Origin: a virus
Taxonomy: Duplodnaviria; Caudoviricetes
Strand: one strand, 5' to 3'
Virus record (IMG/VR): IMGVR_UViG_3300002515_000008
Span: 1-37,969 of that record
Length of the DNA: 37,969 nt
Part shown: positions 1-6,549 of the stretch, piece by piece
Layout: each line of letters begins with the position of its first letter
Numbering within the stretch: the stretch's first letter is position 1
The notes under the pieces: model-generated
What the model was told of the DNA's origin: nothing
Database searches by the model: none
What the model saw: only the letters and a program-made list of their open reading frames with translations
Program-made: the position numbers and the translations under genes

Positions 1-36
1 CTCACGGCTACCCCGTGGCACGGGGCCCTCCCGCCG

Positions 37-879
37 TCACGCGGTGGACACCATCAGGTCCGCGTCGGTGTGGTATCGCAGGTCGCCGCGCACGCTGTTG
101 CACCAGCGATGCGCAGTGCGCAGGTTGCTGTCGGCGTCACTCCCACCTTGCGAGCGCGGGATGATGTGGTCGAGTGATGGGTACCAGTCTCCGTGCTGTG
201 CGTCGGCGTTGTGGTCAACGGGCTCTCCGCATATCTGGCACGTGTGACTGTCGCGCTCGTAGATACGCAACCTGCGTCGCCCACTGATAGCCCAGTGTCT
301 CGGTGCCCTACCCTCGACGGGACCGAAGATCAACACGGCGCGACACTCGTGCGAACACGCCGACACGATGCCCTTGCTGTGCTTGCCCTGAGTGAACGTC
401 ATGTTGCACACTGGGCATGTGCTGATATGGATACGCGACTTGGGCCACTCGCCAGTGAGCAGCCCTTGGATGCAGGTCGGCGAGCATCCCTGTATCCTGC
501 GCGGGCGCTTCGCTAGGAACAGCTCACCGCAGGCTTCGCACCGTTCCCACTTGGCGTAGCAGGTGTCGTGGCGCTCGAACACAGCGCACTCGGGCGAGCA
601 TGTCGTGCGCTCGTATCCCTTGACCGCCTCGAACTCAGCGCCACACGCCACGCACTCGCGCGTCTCACGCATTGCAGCACGCACATACCCGCGTTGCTTG
701 TCGGCGTTGACTTCCTGCCACCGTTGCTTCTGCGCGTAGTGAGCGGCCATGCGCTTGGGGTCAGCAGCACGCGCTAGAGTGGCCGCCTTGATCGCGCACG
801 GCTTGGAGCAGTAGCACTTCTGCTTGTCGCTCAGGGGATCGCCACAGACAACGCACGTCTGGGTGGTAGACTGCTCCAT
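37..879 (-). CDS. HNH endonuclease with several N-terminal CxxC/CSxxC zinc-finger repeats (280 aa)
   Basis: C-terminus IYERDSHTCQICG...SLDHIIPRSQGGSDADSNLRTAHRWCN is an HNH motif. Four CxxC...CSxxC units precede it. Start moved to ATG 879 (MEQSTT), which follows SD GAGGGG. Confidence 0.85.
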   Translation of the reverse strand: MEQSTTQTCVVCGDPLSDKQKCYCSKPCAIKAATLARAADPKRMAAHYAQKQRWQEVNADKQRGYVRAAMRETRECVACGAEFEAVKGYERTTCSPECAVFERHDTCYAKWERCEACGELFLAKRPRRIQGCSPTCIQGLLTGEWPKSRIHISTCPVCNMTFTQGKHSKGIVSACSHECRAVLIFGPVEGRAPRHWAISGRRRLRIYERDSHTCQICGEPVDHNADAQHGDWYPSLDHIIPRSQGGSDADSNLRTAHRWCNSVRGDLRYHTDADLMVSTA

Positions 880-975
880 GTCGCAACCCCTCAGCGGGTT
901 CGGCCACGGTCCCGGCAGTTCCACCTGCGCGGGGCCACTCTGTACGCTCACATTGTAGCATCGCGGGGTGACACG
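864..975. promoter_or_regulatory. Conserved HNH-associated regulatory cassette, copy 1 (sense promoter, structured leader, antisense promoter)
   Basis: Minus strand: GTGTC-12nt-TACAAT with extended TG (952-974) and two hairpins. Plus strand: TGgTAGACT at 864-872. Aligns end to end with 6275-6387. Confidence 0.75.
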
Positions 976-1002
976 ACCTGCGGTTTCTCAGCACTCCCGT
1001 GC

Positions 1003-1191
1003 TCACTTCTCCGGCTTCATGTGCGACTGACAGCCTGGCGGCTCCATGTCGCCCGTCGTGTCGAGCCGCTCGCTTGGTTCGCCGCGGTCTATCCAGCAGC
1101 GCCATAGGTGCCACGTCTCGCCCTGTGTTGACGTGCGGTCGTGCATCGTGTGCCAACAGCAGGACGCGCACGTGCCGTGGGGACAGGGCAT
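1003..1191 (-). CDS. Small Cys/His-rich hypothetical protein (62 aa)
   Basis: ATG 1191 (MPCPHGTCASCC) with SD GGGAG; fills the gap between two HNH genes. Confidence 0.5.
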   Translation of the reverse strand: MPCPHGTCASCCWHTMHDRTSTQGETWHLWRCWIDRGEPSERLDTTGDMEPPGCQSHMKPEK

Positions 1192-1201
1192 GTGCGTCTC
1201 C

Positions 1202-1489
1202 CTACTCGATGATGCCGGGGTGCCTTCCCTCGCTCGGGTACCGCGTCGTCTTGCGTACCCTTGCCGCGTTCGCCTGTTGCGCTGTGAGTCGCTTGTGGTG
1301 CCAGTCGCACACGCTACGCAGGTTCGCATCGCTGTGGTCGTTCGCGTCGCCTAGGTGGTGGACATCCGTCGCTGCCTGCGGGCATCGCGTACCATCCGAG
1401 CGGATGATCGTGCATCGTCCACCGTCTCGGTCGAGGATGCGCTTGCGGGTGCTCGACCAGCCCGGCGGGAGCGGCGCCGATCTCCACAT
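1202..1489 (-). CDS. Packaging-associated HNH endonuclease, HK97 gp74-like (95 aa)
   Basis: MWRSAPLPPGWSSTRKRILDRDGGRC...ATDVHH...DHSDANLRSVCDWHHKRLT is the typical actinophage HNH found upstream of terminase; SD AGGAG. Confidence 0.85.
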   Translation of the reverse strand: MWRSAPLPPGWSSTRKRILDRDGGRCTIIRSDGTRCPQAATDVHHLGDANDHSDANLRSVCDWHHKRLTAQQANAARVRKTTRYPSEGRHPGIIE

Positions 1490-2805
1490 GGCGCTCCTAT
1501 CCCGAGCTTCTCCCACTTGGCGCGCATGTACCCTGTGATTCGCTCGCGGTTGGTCGTGGCGTGCGTCACGAGTGAGTCGCCATGCTTGCGGTAGAGCAGC
1601 AGCGCCGCGTCCACTGTGGCGACGGTGGCCCCGTGTGCGACCATGCGGACCCACATGTCCCAATCCTCGAAGCCGTCCGTCATGTCATCGTCGTAGCCGC
1701 CGACTGCTTCCCACGCCTTGCGCATGAACATAGAAGCGCAGCACGCGCGATTGCCCGACATGAAGTCACTCAGCGTGGTGCCGCTCGGGAGCTTGACGAG
1801 TCGGTCGGTGTCGCCGAACTCCTGCATGTGGCTACGGACGATTCCGCCTGTGGATGCAGCGAGCATTCGCTCCACTGCGTCGGGTGTGAGCTTGTCGTCG
1901 GCGTCGAGTGGCAGGATGTAGTCGCATGTGGCGGCGCGGATACCGGCGTTGCGCGCAGCGGACAGCCCCTTGTTGCGCTGACTCACCAGCACCACATTCG
2001 GGTATCGCCGCGCGACCTTGCTTGTGCCGTCGGGACTGCCGTCGTCTACTACGATGACCTCACACGGAAGCGTCTGCGCAAGTGCTGACTCTATCGCGTC
2101 GGGCAGCCAGTGCGCCTGCTTGTAGCAGGGGATGACGATGGAGCACACCGGGCCGCTCGAAATGTAGTCGGTCCAGGGGCGAGTGATCGCGGGGACTTGC
2201 TTGATGTCGTGGCACGCGATGTTGGCGGGTTTGGCGTTCCACCCGTTCATCTTGATGTGGCGGCACTCTACATCCGGTAGCACCTGGAGCGTCACGCCCG
2301 CTGCGCGCAGTGCCTTCCCGAAGTACAGGTCGTGTCCGCCGCGCGTGTTGGGCTTGTCGTTGGGCGTGAAGAACGCCAGCCCCCGATGCTTGACGACGGT
2401 AAGGTTGCCGGTGCACGCGAAGTACGGCCGATTGATTCGTGAGAACACGGACGCGCGGATCAACGTGCAGCCCAGCCCCGTCCACGCCACTCCGGGAGCG
2501 TGTGCGTTCGTGAACCCGATGCAGGTGTGCCCGTCACCCAATGGGTAGTCGACGGCGATGTAGTCCACGTTCGCATTGAGCATGGCGTCCAGCACGCCGG
2601 GAGGCGGCACCGTGTCCTCTTCGACTATCCAGAGCCAATCGGCGCCGGAGTCCAGTGCGCGGGCCACGAGGTGGTTCATGCAGTCGGGCAAGCCCTCGTC
2701 TATCGTTGTGAGAAGCGTCCACTCATGGCCTGCGCAGTTGTCCACCACTCCTTGCATCACTTCGGTGAACACGATGCCACGTGTGGGGATGCAGACGGCT
2801 ATCAC
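1351..2805 (-). CDS. Two-domain GT-A/GT2 glycosyltransferase (~484 aa)
   Basis: N-domain: IAVCIPTRG, WIVEED, TGLGCTLI, GHDLYF, CRH. C-domain is canonical GT2: SIVIPCY, VIVVDDGSPD, NKGLSAARNAG, PLDADD, EDWDMW. GTGA overlap with the upstream gene. Confidence 0.9.
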   Translation of the reverse strand: MIAVCIPTRGIVFTEVMQGVVDNCAGHEWTLLTTIDEGLPDCMNHLVARALDSGADWLWIVEEDTVPPPGVLDAMLNANVDYIAVDYPLGDGHTCIGFTNAHAPGVAWTGLGCTLIRASVFSRINRPYFACTGNLTVVKHRGLAFFTPNDKPNTRGGHDLYFGKALRAAGVTLQVLPDVECRHIKMNGWNAKPANIACHDIKQVPAITRPWTDYISSGPVCSIVIPCYKQAHWLPDAIESALAQTLPCEVIVVDDGSPDGTSKVARRYPNVVLVSQRNKGLSAARNAGIRAATCDYILPLDADDKLTPDAVERMLAASTGGIVRSHMQEFGDTDRLVKLPSGTTLSDFMSGNRACCASMFMRKAWEAVGGYDDDMTDGFEDWDMWVRMVAHGATVATVDAALLLYRKHGDSLVTHATTNRERITGYMRAKWEKLGIGAPCGDRRRSRRAGRAPASASSTETVDDARSSARMVRDARRQRRMSTT

Positions 2806-3401
2806 GGCCACAGCACCCCGTTCTCGGTCATGTGACCGCATACGCATCCGAAGTCGACCACGAGCGGCCGTATCTGCGTCGTGAGTTCCTTGTCCACGGG
2901 TCCGGGGCCGTCACCGAGCGGGGCCCTGTACGCCTCGCCCGTCGTGAGCAGACAGCCGAGACCACAGCCGCTGACCGGGACAACGCCCGCTCCCATGCGC
3001 GTGATGCCGTAGAGCACCGGGCGCCGTGACTCGTGACGCGCGATCTGGATGCCCGTCGCGTTGGGGCCTGCCGCACTCAGCCGCGCATGGATGTCGGGCG
3101 GTACGAGGATGTCGTCTTCGATGCACAACACCGGCCCGTCACCGACGAGCGTCTGCGTGTACTTGACCATCGCCCTATGGCGCGGGCGTCTGTCTACGCG
3201 GCCCTCGGGCGGGTACTCGTTGCGCGTGACGTGCAGCTCGACGTCGAACCCGAGCTCGTACAGCGATGTCTCCCACAGCGCACAGCCGGGCGCGTCGAGC
3301 ACGAGGATGCAACGCTCTCGCGGGATGTCTGATGCTGCGAGAGCGTTGCATACGGCCTCGCGTGTCCACGGGCGTATCACGGACAGCAGGAGCGTCAGCA
3401 T
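2802..3401 (-). CDS. Divergent GT-A fold glycosyltransferase (199 aa)
   Basis: VLCIEDDILVPPD (DxD-like), GCGLGCLL and VCGH mirror the N-domain of the adjacent GT. Confidence 0.7.
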   Translation of the reverse strand: MLTLLLSVIRPWTREAVCNALAASDIPRERCILVLDAPGCALWETSLYELGFDVELHVTRNEYPPEGRVDRRPRHRAMVKYTQTLVGDGPVLCIEDDILVPPDIHARLSAAGPNATGIQIARHESRRPVLYGITRMGAGVVPVSGCGLGCLLTTGEAYRAPLGDGPGPVDKELTTQIRPLVVDFGCVCGHMTENGVLWP

Positions 3402-3718
3402 CGGTGCAATACTGGCAGCCCTGTGTACTCCCAATCCTGCACGAGCGTTGCGGCAGCCCACGCCCTGCATATCTCATCATCGCTCCGAATCGGATACGGA
3501 ATCGCGTAACGAGGCTCCGCGATGAGCGACTGCAAGTTGTGCCACCATGTGTGAGGGTAGGCCTTGGCATACGGGCGACAATGGATGCACTGATGTGCGG
3601 TCTTGTCCTCGGGCTGGATGTCGAACACGTCGTGGCACATCGAGCACACTCGCTCACCCGGCTGGATACCTTCTGCCTCTTCTTCTCCGTAGACTTCGGC
3701 GAGCTCCCAGTCAGACAT
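3395..3718 (-). CDS. Hypothetical protein with CxxC...CxxC zinc ribbon (107 aa)
   Basis: CSMC...CIHC; overlaps both neighbours. Confidence 0.6.
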   Translation of the reverse strand: MSDWELAEVYGEEEAEGIQPGERVCSMCHDVFDIQPEDKTAHQCIHCRPYAKAYPHTWWHNLQSLIAEPRYAIPYPIRSDDEICRAWAAATLVQDWEYTGLPVLHRC

Positions 3719-3935
3719 TGGGCCAGCCTCCGACGAGCAGGTGATTCCGTATCGCTTCTGCGTCGTCGGCCTCGTCGAGACGTTCGTATGCGTCCTCGAG
3801 GGTCAGCGGGGGATTGTCGTAGTAGGGGGCGTGTGTCTGGGGCCAGTCGCCCACGGTCGGCACGGTCGGGTGAAGATACATCCGCCCGAAACATGGGCCG
3901 TGGTCGACTACGCCTGTGCCCGTGTACTCGATCAT
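3711..3935 (-). CDS. Hypothetical protein (74 aa)
   Basis: ATG 3935 (MIEYTG) with SD GGGAGG, downstream of the leader terminator. The ORF-track start at 4025 lies in the promoter. Confidence 0.6.
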   Translation of the reverse strand: MIEYTGTGVVDHGPCFGRMYLHPTVPTVGDWPQTHAPYYDNPPLTLEDAYERLDEADDAEAIRNHLLVGGWPNV

Positions 3936-3960
3936 GTACGCCTCCCGGCTGATCGCGGAC

Positions 3961-3990
3961 AACAGAAAGGCCCGCACGATGGCGGACCTC
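3961..3990 (-). terminator. Intrinsic terminator or attenuator in the leader
   Basis: Minus strand GAGGUCCGC-caucgu-GCGGGCCUU followed by UCUGUU. Confidence 0.6.
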
Positions 3991-4023
3991 TGCGGAGGTA
4001 TTAGATGCACCTCCTCCAATATC

Positions 4024-4052
4024 ATTTTCTCTTATTGACAAGCATCTGTCAA
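4024..4052 (-). promoter_or_regulatory. Sigma70-type promoter whose -35 lies inside an inverted repeat
   Basis: TTGACA (4052-4047), 17 nt, GAAAAT (4029-4024), in an AT-rich island. Palindrome TTGACA-N6-TGTCAA at 4035-4052. Confidence 0.6.
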
Positions 4053-4064
4053 CATCTAGTGGGT

Positions 4065-4409
4065 CTAGTGGGTTTCGCGCTCGTCACCTACCGCATATAG
4101 TGCGCGGAGCATCTCAGCCGTCTCCGATTTGTCGGCCATGACGACGCGATGAGCCGCACCCGCATCCTTGGGCCGCGCGATGTCCAGTTCGTGCCGCACA
4201 TCCCTGATCGTCGCTTGCAGGATGCTCACCACGCAGTTGACGGTATGCAAGCACTGTTGCCGGCCGGGGGAGCGACTCGACGGCTTGCCCGACGCCCTAC
4301 CGACGTTGCCGCCACGGGTCGATGGGTGGTTGTAGAGCGCCACTGTGGCGATATCCGCATACAGTTCCGCCATCAGATTGTCGAGCCGTGTCTCGCCGGT
4401 CGGGATCAC
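4065..4409 (-). CDS. Hypothetical protein (114 aa), last gene before the putative late promoter
   Basis: GTG start with GTGA overlap on the upstream stop; function inferred from position only. Confidence 0.6.
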   Translation of the reverse strand: MIPTGETRLDNLMAELYADIATVALYNHPSTRGGNVGRASGKPSSRSPGRQQCLHTVNCVVSILQATIRDVRHELDIARPKDAGAAHRVVMADKSETAEMLRALYAVGDERETH

Positions 4410-4615
4410 GAGCGGCTCCTCTCCAGGATGCTGGCAGCGTGGGCCCATTCCACAATGAACACGTGGGATGACTCATCCATCGCCCGCGCTTCTGCGAAGC
4501 AGTCGGGACACAGGTCCGCGTTGTATGCCGTCTCCCACGCGTAGGGCTCGTTCTCGGCCCGGTTCTCGCGCACTACCAGCCCGCAATGGTCGCATGTGAA
4601 GTCAACAGTTCTCAC
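4406..4615 (-). CDS. Small zinc-finger protein (69 aa)
   Basis: TCDHCG...DLCPDC; GTGA overlaps at both ends. Confidence 0.65.
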   Translation of the reverse strand: MRTVDFTCDHCGLVVRENRAENEPYAWETAYNADLCPDCFAEARAMDESSHVFIVEWAHAASILERSRS

Positions 4616-4944
4616 AAGGCCGCTCGGTCGCAAGGTGCCCATCCGTCCATGTCGAGCGCGATCTCGTACTTGGTGGGAACGTCGGTCAGCAGGTACTCCC
4701 ACCCGTCGTTCCAGCGCGGGTGCAACCGCTTGTCCTCGGCAAGACCGTGGCAGCCGGCCGTCCCGTGCCCGCACAAGTCCCACACGGGGCCGTGAAGCCC
4801 TCCCTGCGACCTCGGGACCAGATGGTGCCCGGTGACACCCGGAGTGCCGCATACGACGCAGCACGCGTCCCTGCGGCCGTTGGGGCCACCCTCGAAGGTA
4901 CGCATGCTGGGCTTGTCCATGAGCGCGGCAAGGAGGAGGTTCAC
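4612..4944 (-). CDS. HNH/His-Me finger nuclease-like protein (110 aa)
   Basis: CVVCG...HHLVPRSQGG...LCGHGTAGCHG. Confidence 0.75.
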   Translation of the reverse strand: MNLLLAALMDKPSMRTFEGGPNGRRDACCVVCGTPGVTGHHLVPRSQGGLHGPVWDLCGHGTAGCHGLAEDKRLHPRWNDGWEYLLTDVPTKYEIALDMDGWAPCDRAAL

Positions 4945-5405
4945 GACGGGCCTCCGTCGAGTTCAGCGAGCGCCCGCCGAAGTCCCGCGTAGTTGGAGCG
5001 CGGCGATGCAGAGAACAACGGCTTGCCGTCGAGCGGCCCCGGCTCCACGATGCGCCGTGCCTCCCGCACAACCTCCCGCAGCCGTTCGCACTCGGCTTCG
5101 GCTTCACGCAGGCGGCACTCCAGGTCGTCGTCGTGCTCCGGACCGCCCCACTTCGCATCCTGCTTCGCACGCTCGTCCAACACAGAGCGAAGCGCGGGAG
5201 ACTCCAGCGCATCCACGCGCTCGCGGGGGATGAGTGAGCCGTCTGCGTAGCCGTTGCGGAGGGCGAGGTGGAACACATGACGAGCATCCTGCCATGCGGT
5301 GACAACATGTGCCGCCTCTGCTTGTGGGGCGTCCACGCTGAGCGCACGCATGGCGTCCTCAGCAGCCGTAGCCGCAGCAGAGAGCGCGAAAAGGTCGTCA
5401 CTCAT
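4941..5405 (-). CDS. Hypothetical coiled-coil protein (154 aa)
   Basis: ATG 5405 with SD GAGGAGG; contains ERAKQDAKWGG and the coiled coil LREAEAECERLRE. Confidence 0.65.
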   Translation of the reverse strand: MSDDLFALSAAATAAEDAMRALSVDAPQAEAAHVVTAWQDARHVFHLALRNGYADGSLIPRERVDALESPALRSVLDERAKQDAKWGGPEHDDDLECRLREAEAECERLREVVREARRIVEPGPLDGKPLFSASPRSNYAGLRRALAELDGGPS

Positions 5406-5709
5406 CGGTGGCCTCCTCAATATCGTGCGTGTGTTCCCATATGGTTTCCGGCTCGTACATCGGCTCATGTTCGGCCCGATGGCGGTTATCGCGGCAGCCG
5501 CTATTTGAGGGCGCTGGCATACCGGGGCCGATATCGTCGTTTGGATAGGTTGGCTTCCGGGAGCAAGCGACGATTGCGGCGTACGGGCAGCGGTAGTGGT
5601 ACTTGCACGAGGGGAGTTGCGCCGTGAGCCTCGCCACTTCCGCCTCCGCTGCTATGCGGGCTGCTTCGAGTTCGGAAACCTTGCGTTCCAGGTCGGTGAT
5701 CTTGCTCAT
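5398..5709 (-). CDS. Hypothetical protein with N-terminal coiled coil (103 aa)
   Basis: ATGA overlap with the HNH stop; SD GGAGGG. Confidence 0.65.
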   Translation of the reverse strand: MSKITDLERKVSELEAARIAAEAEVARLTAQLPSCKYHYRCPYAAIVACSRKPTYPNDDIGPGMPAPSNSGCRDNRHRAEHEPMYEPETIWEHTHDIEEATDE

Positions 5710-6290
5710 GATGTCCCTCCGCCTATCGCTGCATTGCGCCAACGCCGTCCCGCCGCGATGTCCCTGATTGTGCAGGCGGTCACTCCATATGCCCGCGCTA
5801 TATCGTTCGGGCTCGCGGTTGGCAGCAATGCCCGTATCTCGGCGATGTCACTCTCGCGGAGTTTGGCGTTCGCTCCGCGACGGGTGTTCTCGGTGGACGT
5901 CACCGCTTCGAGATGCGAGGGCCGAACGCAAGACCGCACGCGGCACAGGTGATCGAGCTGGAGCCCATCCGGGACGGGGCCGTTTGCGCGCTCCCAATAG
6001 ACGATGTGAGCGCGTCGGTGGTTATCACCGGACCCTCCGCCCAGATACCCGTACCCGTGCAGCACAGCCCGCTGCCATACCCAGCAGGGAGTGAGGTAGC
6101 CGTGATCTTCTTCGATGTACTCGACGGGGGATCGGCGCGCGTTGTGGCCGTGGATGTACCGCATTGGCTGGCCCTTGACCCGCCCCCGCGCGGTGGTTGT
6201 GTGGGGCGCGATTGAGGTCCGCTCACCGCAACCGCACATGCACAAGCCGGAGGGGTTCGGGCCTAGGAGGGTAGTGCTAGAATCGTGCAT
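5706..6290 (-). CDS. HNH homing endonuclease (HNH_3-like) with C-terminal HTH (194 aa)
   Basis: LCMCGCG N-domain; CWVW...GYG...RAH...LDHLCRVRSCVRPSHLEAVTSTEN; AKLRESDIAEIR...IARAYGVT HTH. An alternative in-frame start exists at 6395. Confidence 0.9.
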   Translation of the reverse strand: MHDSSTTLLGPNPSGLCMCGCGERTSIAPHTTTARGRVKGQPMRYIHGHNARRSPVEYIEEDHGYLTPCWVWQRAVLHGYGYLGGGSGDNHRRAHIVYWERANGPVPDGLQLDHLCRVRSCVRPSHLEAVTSTENTRRGANAKLRESDIAEIRALLPTASPNDIARAYGVTACTIRDIAAGRRWRNAAIGGGTS

Positions 6291-6387
6291 GTCGCATCCT
6301 CTCAACAGGATCGGCCACGCCACCGGAGGTTCGCGCCTCGCGGTGGCACTCTTTGCGCCTCCCATTGTAGCATTCGGGACCGACACG
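6275..6387. promoter_or_regulatory. Conserved HNH-associated regulatory cassette, copy 2
   Basis: Minus strand: GTGTC-12nt-TACAAT (6364-6386). Plus strand: TGcTAGAAT at 6275-6283. Same spacings as copy 1. Confidence 0.75.
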
Positions 6388-6549
6388 CTAGGCATGTTCG
6401 TAGCCTCCTGCTTCCGTCGCCGGTACCCAGTTCGCGGGATCGTTGCGCGGGTCGAAGTCGGCGGCGGATTCGTCGGCGAGCGGTTCGGCGTCGAGGTCGG
6501 GCTCGAGCGGTTCGTCGATGCGGTACTCGTCCATCGTGTAGTCGCTCAT
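6388..6549 (-). CDS. Highly acidic microprotein (53 aa), absent from the ORF track
   Basis: MSDYTMDEYRIDEPLEPDLDAEPLADESAADFDPRNDPANWVPATEAGGYEHA; ATGA overlap and upstream SD AAGGGAG. Confidence 0.65.
   Translation of the reverse strand: MSDYTMDEYRIDEPLEPDLDAEPLADESAADFDPRNDPANWVPATEAGGYEHA

Noticed and set aside
5120-5190. ERAKQDAKWGG motif suggesting a MazG-like pyrophosphatase
   Set aside because: The downstream EExxE metal-binding helices are absent; at most a fragment.
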